The notes beneath the pieces were generated by a model, which ran no database searches, was not told the origin of the DNA, and saw only the letters and a list, made by a program, of their open reading frames with translations. The translations under genes and the position numbers were made by a program. Source: Callorhinchus milii (taxonomy: Eukaryota). Taken from it: a DNA stretch of 64,000 nt. Below are positions 1-13,865 of the stretch, in pieces (positions within the stretch are counted from its first letter, which is position 1; every line of letters starts with the position of its first letter). The stretch lies in contig NW_024704742.1 in assembly GCF_018977255.1 (NCBI RefSeq), forward strand, positions 37,016,001-37,080,000. Reading direction: 5' to 3'.

Positions 1-236
1 ATTAGAATACTTTATAGTATACAGCACAGAAACAGGCAATTCAGCCCAACTGGTCTATGCCGGTGTTTATGCTCCACATAGCCTCCTCCTGCCCTTCCTC
101 AACTAAGCTTTCAAGCTTAACCTTCTATTCCTTTCTCCCTCATGTACCTAGCTTTCCCTTAAATACTTTTATTTTCTTTAAAAATAAAGTGTTATTTTAG
201 CATAAAGTACTTACATTCAAATAAATAATAATATTA

Positions 237-568
237 ATAATAATCCTTGCATTTGATATAGCGTTTTATTATGTCTTTCAGACGTCTCGAAGCACTTCAC
301 GGAATATACTGTAAAGTGAATTGACTGTATATTTTGTGGGCAAAACGTGGCAGCCAATTGCACACACCAGTGTCCCACAAACCTTCATCGTTGAGCGACC
401 AAATTATTATTATTATTTTTTTGAAGGAATTATTATCCCAAGAAAAGCAATCTGCCAATCGATTAACAATCGTCTTCTACTTACTGCTAGAACATGTCGC
501 CCTGCCGGGAATCAAACCCAGGTCGCTCGCTTGGGAGGCGAGTGCGCTAATCACTAAGCTACAGGACT
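237..568 (-). mobile_element. SINE, long form with internal deletion
   Basis: Head ends at CTACAGGACT (568); Deu domain and tail present. Confidence 0.88.
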
Positions 569-643
569 GTACATATTAAGTTATAGCAAAGCCTATTTGC
601 TTTTATGCGAATCTATTATTCCTACGGTAAAGTAGATGTCTTA

Positions 644-868
<225 letters not shown>

Positions 869-1149
869 TCACATCTTGTAATATGTAATGATTGATAGAT
901 GGAAGGGAAAGTTAAAGATTCATGAAAACTGTAGATACAATAAAAGACTCATATTTATATCATAATCCACATTACCCCTGCCCTTTGCCACTGTGTATAC
1001 ACAGGGGCTGATTCTCTGATTCTTTCTACATTTACTGACCTTCACAGTGTGAGCTTGGCTCTTTAGTAGGAAAATGATTGAGAATATTGTATGCAAATCT
1101 ATCAATGCTCTTCCAAAGACGCTATAAGGAATAGTCCAAATGGATTATA

Positions 1150-1225
1150 ATAATCCTTACATTTGCATTTTTTCCCTTCTAAAATGATAATCCTTACATT
1201 TGCATTTTTTCCCTTCTAAAATGAT
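1150..1225. repeat. Perfect 37 bp tandem duplication
   Basis: ATAATCCTTACATTTGCATTTTTTCCCTTCTAAAATG x2. Confidence 0.95.
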
Positions 1226-1739
1226 TCTGACTCCATTCAGCCTATTCCTTGTAGATTCTATTCTCTTCAGATAAGCATTGATAGATTCTCATATAATATT
1301 CTCATGCATTTCCCCACTCCAAAGCCCATTATAAGGTCATGATTTCAAAGTCAGGAAATGTACTGAGGATTGGAGAATTAGCCCTTATACTTTATATACA
1401 ATGAAACAATGGTCAGGTCTGTGTTATAATTTTGTCATGGAATGAGCTTGGGATGATCATTAACTATTGCTTGTAACAATAGTGAAATGTCGTGGAAACA
1501 AACTACTTTTATTTTGCTCTAGTTTTAAAATAACTTTACTTTGGTGGAAGATTTTAAAAAAGTTTTGGCTACATATGAAGATACAGTTAGCAACGGAAAT
1601 GTGAGGGTAAGAAAGATCAGGGCTTATATTACTGAAGAATGATGGTTATAATGTTATAGGCATGAAAAAGTGACACCTGATCACGATGATAATTATCACA
1701 TCAAATATAATAAACACCAATAGTTATCATAATTAAGAA

Positions 1740-2200
1740 TCATTTGAAGAAGGCCCTTTAGCTCATTTAATCTCATCCTTCCAGAGTCCCTCCCTACTAT
1801 CTTTCAATTAAAGCACCAAGTGGTTTCTTAAATTCGTTCAACATACTGACCTCAAATACTCTTCCTGATAAGCTGTTCCAGTTGTTAATTACCTCTGGGT
1901 AAAGAAGGACTTTTCTTTTCCAACCTCTTGTTCTGCTGCCTTGGTGCATCCAAAAGTATTGTTCTGAGTTTACTTTCTCAATCCCATTTAAAATCTTCCA
2001 TATTTCTCTAAAATCCCCTTTGAGACATCTCTTTTCAAGAATAAAACATCCTAGCTTATCTAGTTGTTGCTCTTAGTTCAATCACAAGAATTGAAAATCA
2101 TCCTCATTGCTCTCCTCTTGACTGCTGCTGGACTGCTTCTATACAAGGCAACAGTAGCTCAGTATTGCATTGTACTATACCCCCGTTGTATGAGCTCAAA
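1740..2200 (-). mobile_element. Older CR1 family fragment (related at ~14020-14200 -, 16505-16560 -, 32090-32360 +, 35255-35450 +, 40880-40980 +)
   Basis: Recurring GAAGAAGGCCC..CATCCAATCTCATCC motif; 35255 encodes an RSLVRP..VQFW-like RT C-terminus. Confidence 0.65.
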
Positions 2201-2622
2201 TCTGATCCAAGCTTGAATTTATAATCTTGTGTCCTAAAGACAAGAAAGCTATCAACTAAGCCACACAGACTTTGACCTATCTCTTTAATACTTAAATCTC
2301 ACTATATAAGAATACTCTATCTTTTGTCTGCATCTTTCATTTCCCAAACCAGTTGATATTTATCGGGTTTCTAAACAAAATCAAACAAAGAAGTTTTGTG
2401 TTTATTTTCTGTTGAACAGAACCCAATTTCCTTGAATCAGATATTGGCCAGCAATCATGCGTAAAATAATTGCAATCATAACTTGTGAAAAAAAAGCTTT
2501 AAACTGATTTTCTGCCACAAATATATTAAAACAGACACTTAACGTGTAAACTGAAACATATAATGGTAATAAAGACCTTTGAGTAGGCTTTAATATGTTT
2601 TGTTCTGGCTTACTTCTTTGTG

Positions 2623-2943
2623 GAGTCCTGTAGCTCAGTGGTTAAAGCACTCGCTTTGCAAGTGAGAGACCTGAGTTCAATTCCAGGCAGAGGGCGAAAC
2701 CTTGGGCAAGTTTCCTTACTCCACACAGAGCCTAATAATAATCCCTCCAAAACCAAAAACAATAATAAATTGGTCATTTTCAATCGACGACTGTTTGTGG
2801 GACATTGCTGTGCGCAATTGGCTGCCGCGTTCGCCCACAAATATACAGTCAATTCACTTTACAGTGTGTTCTGTGAAGCACTTTGGGACGTCCTCCCGAC
2901 GTGAAAAGCGCTATATCAAATGCAAGGATTATTATTATTATTA
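2623..2943 (+). mobile_element. Young tRNA-derived SINE, short form (tRNA-Ala-like head, partial CORE-like segment, Deu-like domain, L2-like tail, (TTA)n)
   Basis: A box TAGCTCAGTGG, B box GTTCAATTCC, anticodon-like arm with loop TTTGCAA, Deu-like GTTTGTGGGACATTGCTGTGCGCAATTGGCTGCCGCGTT; near-identical copies elsewhere in the window. Confidence 0.93.
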
Positions 2944-3108
2944 CTGTGGATTCCCAATTTGGTTAAACAAGTAAATTTAAAGTGTTTATACTTCACACAA
3001 ATGTCGATCCTAGATCTTATCCCAAGGCATCCTGTGATGTTGGTGATCAACTAACTGATGACCCGCATACGCCTGCACAAAGCAGGAAGTGACATCAGCG
3101 GTGACCAG

Positions 3109-3466
3109 ATAATAATAATAATCCTTGAATTTGATATAGTGCCTTATCACGTCTTCGAGTCGTCTTAAAAGCGCTTCACAGAATATACTGTAATGTGAAT
3201 TGACTGTATTTTTGTGGGCGAAACGTGGCAGCCAATTGCACACAGCAGTGTTCCACAAACAGTCGTGGATTGAGTGACCAATTTATTCTTATTATTACCC
3301 CCAGAAAAGTGATCTGCCAATCGACTAACAACTGGGTACCTACTTACTGCTAGGTAAACAGGGGCGTGTGGAGTAAGGAAAGTTGCCCAAAATTTCGCCC
3401 TGCCGGGAATCAAACCCAAGTCTGTCGCTTGTGAGGCGAGTGCTCTAACCACTGAGCTACAGTACT
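3109..3466 (-). mobile_element. SINE, long form with extra ~60 bp CORE-like segment
   Basis: Same head, Deu domain and tail, plus CCTGTTTACCTAGCAGTAAGTAGGTACCCAGTTGTTAGTCGATTGG. Confidence 0.9.
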
Positions 3467-3712
3467 TCACACAGTTTGGCACTTTTAGCTTGAAAGCCAG
3501 CAGGAAATGAACAGCTGGTGGTGGGGGCGTCCACACTTCAATCACATTATAACGAAATCTGCAATTTAACGTGTGTGCTGTAACAGGGCCACCTTTTACT
3601 ACCATCAACTCATTGCTAATTCATTGTTTTCGTCCCTGCTGTAAGAGTACCGGTACTCAGGAAAATTGATGCACATGATACCTGGAAGGGAGGATGAGAT
3701 CAGATTACTTAC

Positions 3713-3771
3713 ACATCCTGGAACTCTTCTAATGATTTCTGAGGCGTAAATACATTTAATAAACTGATGAT
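3713..3771 (-). CDS. MAPK10: JNK3 coding exon IISLLNVFTPQKSLEEFQD(V)
   Basis: 59 nt; ctccgcag|ATC ATC AGT ... GAT GT|gtaagt. Confidence 0.97.
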
Positions 3772-4332
3772 CTGCGGAGGAAATATAAATACATAAGTTG
3801 TCAGTCACTTTGTTGCTGAGTCACACAAATCAAATTATCATTACCCCGAATGTTCTTATTCTATTCGAACTGCTGAAATAAATCCGACCCTTCTACTAGG
3901 CAATATTTAAATTCTCATCCACTTGCAGATTTGTTGAGCCTTGTCAGGCATTATCATACTATTCCAAACAAAATAATGCCATTGATGAAAAGAAAACTTG
4001 CCCATAAAATAATTTTGACTGATTTTAATTTCATTGTCTATTGGGGTCATTCACAGGGAATATAAAAAGTGAACAATAATTGAGATTGTGGAACTGTGAC
4101 CTAGAGTACTTTTATATTTCTATAGCTTCCAAAATGCAAGGCCTTTTTTTCCATGTAAATGGCTGAGTTGAGAAGAACTTTCATTCGGAAAGAATGGTTG
4201 TGCCATTCTGAAAGATAATAGGAACACAGGTTAGCAGGAATAGAACTGTGTAATGTATTATTCATATATAATACACAATTTCGTGCTCATTATTACTTAA
4301 AGGTCATACAAAATAGGCAATCTAAAATCACA

Positions 4333-4449
4333 CTGGTTTCTATGGAAACCAGCGTGTATGTTGGTAGATACGAATCTGCAGATCCGAGCAAGAATTACTT
4401 GTCTATTTTATTGATCCTGTATGCTGTGATACGGTTGGTTCCTAGCAAC
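4333..4449. promoter_or_regulatory. Candidate RFX X-box pair in intron
   Basis: CTGGTTTCTATGGAAACCAG near-palindrome (core GTTTCTATGGAAAC 4336-4349) and GGTTCCTAGCAAC (4437-4449). Confidence 0.4.
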
Positions 4450-7400
4450 ACAGAATGAGTGTGTCCTGAAAGTTTAGACAATCACAAGAAAACTGCACAA
4501 AATAGGACAATTTTTTTGCCCTTTGCCATATGAAAAAGTCATTTTACAACTACCTCAAATTTACAACAGAACCACATGTTGTAAATATTGATTTACAAAA
4601 AAAATTAAATGTTTAGAAGTCTTTGATATGGGAAAGATTAAATTTCAGACAAATACTCTAGGTGAAATTAGGCAGGTCTATGCAAATGTACTCATGTGGA
4701 AGTGTATGTGGATTGGATTAGGATGCAGCATTTCTCTGTTATTGTAGTGAGGGTCAAAAGATGTCTACGGTGCCAGGGACATACATTGTTACAACAACAT
4801 TTTTATACATTAATTGGTATTTAGCTATCCGAGCTACATTTTTAAAAAATAGTATTTATTCTGAAATATACAATGTAAAACCATCCTAATGTGAATCTAC
4901 TCAAAGCAAGCAACTAATAATAATTTCTAAACTGGAATTTATACACTGAATGCTCTCTGGGACCAAAATTCCAACCTGTCTTAGCCTCTCAGACTTTGAC
5001 TTTAAATTTAAGATTGTGCAAAACTGTTAAATATTGTTAAATTCAGTCTGAATTTAGAAGCTAGTTCTTTTCAACAACTAGAGAAAATCAGCTTCCAAAT
5101 CAAAACTGAACCTAGAAATTTCCAAAATTTTTATTAACCTCAAATTTTAAGACAAAGTAGAGCTATAGGCAAAGATTAAATGAAACTTTAGGCCATACAT
5201 ATCTCTGCATGCCCTCACCCCTGTCTGTACTTTCTTTCACAACCTAGTACCTCGCTATCAGTAATCTTCTCTGATCCCACATCTCTGTTTCCCCCCCAAC
5301 CCTTCCCAACCCCCCCACACCACCCTTCCGCTCGGCTAATTTGGGCCTGCTGAATATCCCCAGCCCTCTGCACCACAATCATTGCTTAAGCGTTCAGTTC
5401 ACTAACCTTTTGAACTCCGTCCCTCTACCCCTCCATCCTCCTCCCACTCTATCCGCCATATTTCCATATCCATATTTCTTCAAAGGTGCTTCTTCTCCCT
5501 TTCCCTCACTCAGTGTCTGACCTAATCCTTGTCAAGCTCTCTGAGATGTTAGCATACACACTACCTAAACGCAAGTTGGTGGTTTTGCTTGCAATGTTCA
5601 AAAGCAGATCATTATTACTAAACACCAGAAATAAAATACTACAGCATTGGCCAGTGTCAGCTGGTTTCACCAGAGGTGAAAATATTCAGATCACATTAGC
5701 AGCTTGTCTAACATTTCTAGTCCACTTCACAAGGCAAATAATTCCACTTATGATAAATGATCCCCAAACAAATTTCATAAACACACATTTCAAAATCCTA
5801 ATAGTTGTTTTTAATAATAGACATCTGAATTGGTATTGTACCCTTCACAGAACAATTTTAAACATGTTTTTGATAAACGATTGTGTAGTGATTACCTCTA
5901 GAATTTCATCAGAGGTGAAATAACACATTTAATTGGAAAGCAGATTGGAATACTTTTGAGATGTAACCAATTCATCATAATTATTAGCTTTAGAACATTG
6001 TTATAAAATTGACTGGCTGGAGTTATCGGGAGCTGTCATCCCAATTCCCTACACTTTTCCAGTGCTCAATGTATATTATAATAATAATATTATAGTATAT
6101 TGTATATTGTTTCTCTTCAGATACTTAGTTATAACTCCAGCCAGTCATTTCACATTAAATGTCTTAATCAACAAAAATAAGAGGAATAGTAAAACGTCAC
6201 TTTGGGATTTATTCTGCTTGACATGTTCTGGCTTTGAGACCTCAAACTCATGCATTTATATTTGCATTTATATAGTGGGTATATTCATGCGGGTAGCATC
6301 TCAGAGCACTTAACTGTGGCAGTGCCTTGCACTCAGCCAGAGAGGGGGAGGAGGCAAAAAATGGAATATTAAAGCGCGTGGCAAGGGAGTGGGAGAGCAG
6401 GATTCAGCCAGGCTCATGTGGATAGAAAAACATCAGCACACACATACATGTTGGGCTAAAAGGTCTGTTTCCATACTGTAACATTCCGTTCAGATACTAA
6501 TAAAAATTATCATAGGCTGAACATACGACCACCAAGAGAAAAATGAACTTAATTTATGCTACTGAACAACAACAAAACATCTTGCATTTATATAGCGGCC
6601 TTCATGTGAGGTAGCATCTCAGAGCACTCAACAATGACAGCACTTGATGCCAAGCCAGGGAGAGGGGGGAGGCGACTATAGGCACAGTCGAAGAGGAAGG
6701 TCTCAGGCATGATCTGAAGACAGCAAAGGAGGAGGCAAGGCGGAGGGATTGAGGCAGTGAGTTCTGGGCCTAATGCTGAAAGCACATCCGTCAATGGTTG
6801 AGCGGAGGGGATGTGTAGAAAGCTGAAACCAACTGATTAAAGGGAGAGGGCAGATAGGGAGTAAGCAGGTCTGAGAGGTAGGGAGATGCCAGGGCATGAA
6901 CTGATTTGTATGTGGGTGTGAGAATCTTAGAATCAATCAGTTAACTAATTGAACTAAAAAAAAACTTGTTATGCTACTTAACTAAATATGAACATAAATT
7001 TTGCTGTTTAAGAATGACACATTGAATTACAGCATGGCTGTCATGAACCTCTATTTAATCTTTCACATATTTGGATGTTACTGTTATCCGTTTATATTAA
7101 CTGTAGTTAGATAGCATTAATAAACAGTGATGTGATTGCATAGAGAGCATTTCCTATTCATGAATAGTTAATTTTTCAGGAAGAGTAAAAGCATTAGACT
7201 AAAAGATTACACTTTTATAATACACTTCTTACATTCTTTAAGTCAAGATTTTAACATAATTCATAAGGATAATCTTCATGTAATCTTTATGCAAAATCCA
7301 AGGAATAAGCAATTAATTCTATTTCCTATCTTCCAATGCTCCAGGATGTTGCCACTAATCACAATATTAGTCAGCTGTAATACAGTACTCCTGTGTTTGG

Positions 7401-8915
7401 TAAATATTATTAATTTCTTCTAAGAATAAACACCTACTGTTGTACACAGATGTTGCATTATAAGTAGCAATCTGCTGCAGCATCACATCAATGGACTATA
7501 TAATTAATAATAAATAATAATAATTAATAAGGATTAATAATAAATGATTTGCAAAATGCTTCAGTGTGAAAATCAGGTAAAAATATAATCTTTCAACTTG
7601 ATAGTGATAGTGTTGCATATTCTCAATGCAATTCTGCTAATGGCACAAGTTCACAGTACAAAGGCATCTATAATTCAGCTCCTATTAACACTGAAATGAC
7701 AAACCACTGAAAAAAGGAAATAGCACATGGTGCATTGGAGTAGAGTAGAGTTGCTCTTCTGATGTGGGGGCAGGAATCATTGAGAGAAGAGCACAAGAAG
7801 GTAAAAGATGACAAACATTTCAGTCGCTGATATCCCTAATCTTGATCAATGCAAAATTCACTGAATGCTGCACTAACAAAGACCTTGAGAACCACACACA
7901 CAACAGGGTTCATAGAAAATAATGGAATAACTTTGTAACTCTTAGAAATATATACCATTACTTTATATATTTTTGATGTATTGTTGCATTAGTTATGCAC
8001 TCAATAGAATGTACACGGTGGCCAGTACAATAGCAGGTACCATAGCTGGTTTTGCACCATACAACTTTATGTTCAGTCCAAATAGATCACCGCAGTTGTT
8101 CTTTTTGTACAGATATACACTGGCATAACTAGAATCTAAAGATCAACAATACCACTTATAATAGTACCACTTGTAATACTAAATGGAGACGCAACAATTA
8201 ATTGCTTTGCGAAGACATTGACTTTATGTGAATGAGCCATATAACTGCAAGCAAATAGTCCTTGAACATATTCAAGACTGAGATAGATATATTTCTTATT
8301 GCAAAAGGGATTAAGGGATATGGGGATAAGGCAGGTTTATGGTATTAGCTGGAGTAAGATTAGAAGATCAGCCATGATTGAATGGCGGGGCAGGCTCGAA
8401 GGGCCGAATGGCCTACTCCTGCTCCTACATGTTATGTTGTGTTAAGCTATTATTGCACAGAGGAAGGACTGCGGGATTAAACAGCTATTTGCATTGCAGT
8501 TGTTATGTATTTTTCACACAACCTCAACATATACGACAAATGTAGCAGGGAAATGAGAGAACAAAAGCTGTGGAGAGACTTAGTCAAACGGATGATGGGG
8601 GTGAAATTAGTGACATTTAATAATAGTTTCAATGTGAATAGTTATCCCAGTGATGGATACAGATACAATCCAAGATCACACTCACTATTCCAATGGAAAT
8701 TTACAATCTGCTTTGAGCTGACAGTAATGGAACAATTAGGTAACCCAGTGTATTGGAGAAACAATGCCACACAATGTTCTTTGCAGTAAAACCTAAGGTT
8801 AGTTTGAAAGAGTACAGATCACACTGTGTAAACTGTCATGCAAATTCACATCTTCCCTACATTTCTGGGCAATGTTTTCAGTGATGTTATTCCCAGTGGA
8901 ATGTCTGTGTGACTA

Positions 8916-9149
<234 letters not shown>

Positions 9150-11009
9150 CTAGTAACATTACAAATTAACATTGTCCTAAGTTAATAATGTACACACAAA
9201 TCGTTGGTGGTATTAGCAGAGCGTGTTACAAGGCAGTGTATTCAGCATTTGTAAATTATGTTTTTTGGCTGTGCGGTTTCATCCATACCAATCTAGAAGG
9301 ACCTCAATGTAATAATATCAATTTCTGAGGACTGAAGGTGTCACCAGAGACTTAAACAATGGCTGAGAGATAAACTCAGTCCACACAGTAATTGCACAAA
9401 CACACCCCAATGGGTACATTATAATAATTAACACTGAAATCATTACTGAAAGGAGTGTTTCAATAAAATGTTTAGTTTTTATAAAAAACTATCTCCCCTC
9501 ATTAGGTCCCCTGTAAAAGCGAGCTGGCACCCAGTGCCCTGGTTTCTGTGAGACATTGTTAGAGTAGTGTAGGGGAGCCTGCGGGTATCTCATCTTCTAT
9601 TCTCCTATAGGCAAGTTCTTAACTTTCAATCTGTGCCTCTTTCTATCGGCCCAACACTACTGAGTAAAAAATTCCTCTCAGGTTTTGACAAATCACATTT
9701 GTATAGCGCCTTCACATCAGGAGGACGTCCCAAGGCGCTGGAGGCACTTCAAAGGTACCAAAGGTCAGACATAGTGATTGTTTACAGGCAAGCCTGGCAA
9801 GGTCCCAGAAACAGCCACGTGGTGAATCCAAATTGATCTAATTGATGGGCACTATAAAATTAAGCAACAAGCTCTGTGGCTTAAAGCTCTATTGCTTTAC
9901 TATGAAACTACAGAGAATTTTAGCTCATGGAAAAATAAAAAAGCCTATTTTATAGGGCAACAATGCCTGAAAAACAAACATATCTCCAGATTAAGATGTT
10001 TGCAGCCACAATCTCCCTCTGGCTGAGGTTCTGATATTACTCAGCGTATTACTGCAGGGTCAGGCAAGTTAGAGCTCTGTGTGCGTGCACATTGAAGTGG
10101 ATGCATGGAGTATTGCTTAACTAGCTGCCAATTTAAGTGAGCTTCTAGCATTTGGGATAGTCCAATCCTTTCAATCAAAAGAGCTGAAAAGCTGAAAGAC
10201 TGCTGGGAAATTGTTTTGGCCAATTTTTTCCAAGTTTTATCTCATTTTAAAAAAAAGTAAATTAAAAAGAAGCCTTTGCAAAAGACTGAGCAAGGTCCCC
10301 TCCTGTTTATTCTGATACTAGCAAGCAGCAGCAGGTTTATACTGACCTTTTGCCAATAGCATATCAAAAGCTTACCTTGGCATCAATATCAAAGGCATAG
10401 TAAAGAACTGGAACATTTGTAACTGGGCCGACTATGCCACTAATACATTAGACAAACAGTTAATGCAGGACTCTTTTCTGTCATGCTTCAAATAGTTCAA
10501 CTACACCCACAGTTTTCAGCTACTGAAATTTGGGTTTGGATCAAAGGGTTGAGTTTTTTTTTAAATAAGTAAATGGATTCCAGTTAAAATCATATTAATA
10601 ATGTTGTTCATGGCCCTTTGTATTCTCAAAGCCTGTTCTGCTCCCTTGCACCTGATAATATCAGACATGGTTATTCCAGAGACGTCACATTGACCACAAG
10701 ACTTTTGTTTGGGAGTTTTGGTCCAAACTTTGAAATATGTTATCAACAAACATAGGATGGAATATTTAGTTTTCATCTCTGCTTCAGTAAAACCATGCAG
10801 AAGTGAATGCAAAGTGATCTACTGGGACAGAACTCAACCACATACTGTTTCCTGCTCTGTCGTGTTCTGTTCCAAGAAGCTCCCAGTGAACATATTACTG
10901 TATCTAAATGTCCTGTTGATCACAGAAAATGTGATGTCCATGATCAACAGGACTTCTTTGTAAGTGAATGTAAATGAAGTCTGGATAGGTATGGCACATC
11001 AACTTGGAG

Positions 11010-11070
11010 ACAAATTCTCATCAGTCATCATCTTGAACACTGGGACTCCTACAGGGGATGTACTTTAGGT
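11010..11070 (+). mobile_element. Tiny Rex1/Babar-like RT remnant
   Basis: Translates FSSVIILNTGTPTGDVL, compared with the Rex1 motif SS.I.LNTGAPQGCVL. Confidence 0.4.
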
Positions 11071-11784
11071 CCTGAGGTGCCTTTTCCACCATAGAGGCAC
11101 CATTAACATTTATTACACATCAGTATTAACGCACCAACATTACATTTTTAATCCCAATGTTACAATTTATGCAGAATTATTAACTGAATCACTCTGGAAC
11201 AAAACCACATGCTAAAATTCATACTGGAAAATCAATATCACATCATACGCCTCAAGGTATGTCCAGTAGCGAGCGAAGTGAGCTGATAAGATCCAGCACC
11301 CTTGCAATTTAGAGGCATTCACACTCAATCCACTGGAGAGCATCTTTGGGAGGCAATGATTGAGAGGAACGGTAACAGGCAATACATAGCCTTTGTCAAT
11401 ACACCTCATACATGTTTGAGGCTACCATTCTCCAGTCTAAGGACAGTAAATTAAAAATTGTATTTCCTTAATTTTTCATACCAATTAATACTGAATGCAG
11501 TGTTAGTCAGTGTAAAATCAAACTTCAGATATGTATTAAGCAATGAAAGGTAACTGCCCAGTTAGTCCTTCACTGATTTCCAGGTGTTGTGTGAATATAA
11601 GTGTGATAAATGACCTGAATGGATTTGTGCTTTTCCTCTTCTTTTTTGTCCTTTGTTTCGCCCACAAAATATACAGTCAATTCACTTTACAGTATATTTT
11701 GTGAAGCACTTTGAGACATCTCGAAAACGTGATAAGATGCTATATCAAAAGCAAGGATTATTATCATTATTATATTATTTTTTG

Positions 11785-13081
11785 TACTTTCCTTTTATAC
11801 AATTCATCCTCTTGTAACTGACTCTCCCTCCCTGGATGGCCAGACCATTTAGGAGTGGGCCAGCCATCCAGTCTCTCAGCAGTGGAGGCATCATGGTCTT
11901 GTTTGACATGACACCACGTGCTGAAAGACAAGATGGAGGCTTTGCTGGCAATACCCTGTACCTATCCCCAGGAGGCACCGGAGACTACCAGGCATTTCTT
12001 TCTCAGATTTTCCACTGCAATAACTCCACTCTGCATCTCCCATTTGTTGTGGCTCAAATCAGAAAAAAAGGATCATTCTTAACCTTCATCCCTGCTCCAT
12101 AGCTCTGTGGTATTACTGTAACATGCTGTATTATCCTACCAACTGTCTTCTCAAACCCCTTTTTTGTTTGTTTCTTAGAGGGATAAAAATAGCAGCCAGA
12201 TACAAACATGACTCTAGTGGTTGCTGACGACACAGTAAGACATGATGGAATTGAACATGTCTGTCATGGACCTCCTACAGTAACATTGATTCAGCAAATG
12301 ATGATTGGTTCTGAATACAGGGAGAGTGGGAGCTAATTGGTGAGGTGCACAAATGGATTTATAACTAATGAATCCTGCAGGAATCTGGATTTGTGGGAAG
12401 CTGAGCTTCCCAGAGGTGAGCTGAGCTAGGAGCTCTGCTCAGGTGTTGATCTCAGTTCAGAGTTCCGTGAAGCCAGATTAATAATAATCCTTGCATTTGA
12501 TACAGGCCTTTTATGCTGCAGGACATCGCTAAGCATTTCACATTGTTTTCTTCTGTCAGGTATAGTGACTCTATATTTGTAGGTATATGTGGCTCTCAAT
12601 TTGCCCACAGCAATATCCCACAGCCATGAATTGCATGACCAATTTTATCTAGGCGATCATTTGCCAAGAACCGGGAGAAACGTCCTTCTCTTTTTGAACT
12701 GTCCCATTGGATCTTTAATGCTCACCTGTATAAGCAGACCAGAACCTCAGTTTTAATGCCTCATCTGAAGAATGGTACCTCTGTAAAGCAGTATTCCCCA
12801 ATACTGCATTAAAATGCCAGCCTCGACTATAGACTCCCTGACGTAGATATTGAACACATATCTTTCGAACCCAGAGGTGAACTGAGCTCGGTTGACTTGC
12901 CTAAAGATGGAAAATCAAAAAATGAAATGGAGAGTAGTCTCCAGTCCCTTTTGGTACAGGCTGGTAGCAGCCACCCTGGGAGCAGGGTAGCCATCCAGTC
13001 TCTCAGCAAAGTTGTCAGCATCAGACTGACAGAGATGAGGAAGGTAATTTATTTGTGGATGAATTGCATAAAAGGAAAGTA
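11785..13081. mobile_element. Unclassified TIR-bounded element (25 bp inverted termini, subterminal direct repeats) containing a nested old SINE
   Basis: TACTTTCCTTTTATACAATTCATCC (11785-11809) and GGATGAATTGCATAAAAGGAAAGTA (13057-13081) match 24/25. Confidence 0.55.
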
Positions 13082-13667
13082 TTAAAGAGATGAGAAAACC
13101 ATACAAATTCATTCAGGTCATTTATCATACATGTAAAAATATTCCTACAATACCTGAAAATCAATGAAGGAGGCTCCTGTCGCCTGGCAGAAGATTGATA
13201 TGTGAACGATGTTCCAGCAAGTCAGTCTCTGACACGTCCAGGTATGTGCAGATTTGCTTGTTATAAATCCATTTGTGCCTCTTACAAACTATACTCTAGT
13301 TCACAATATGACTTTTTTGTTTGGGAGAGAGTTCTAAAGCTGGAGAAATGCTGTAGGAAAGTATGGCTAAGCTCCACCCTACCTAGAGCATTTACAAATT
13401 GAACTTCCTTGATATTTGCATTGCAAATGTAAATTGTAAATGAACAACATTGATCAAGGGGCTCACTCCTTTGAGTTTGTGCTTTTTAACCAGTCTTTGT
13501 AAATGTACAGTGTGGGTGGGATTGGGACGTCCTCCAGACGTGAAAGATGAGATTCAAATGTACTTTGTTGTTACTGTTGTTGTGGTTTGTGCTGATACTC
13601 CAAATGGGAAGTTTGCTTGTTTAAATGTATGTACGATGTTGGTTGAAACAGTCACACCATGTACTCA

Positions 13668-13865
<198 letters not shown>

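Noticed and set aside
2623..2695. tRNA-Ala(TGC)-like genes at SINE heads
   Set aside because: No proper acceptor stem, and each continues into the SINE body and tail; these are SINE heads, not tRNA genes.
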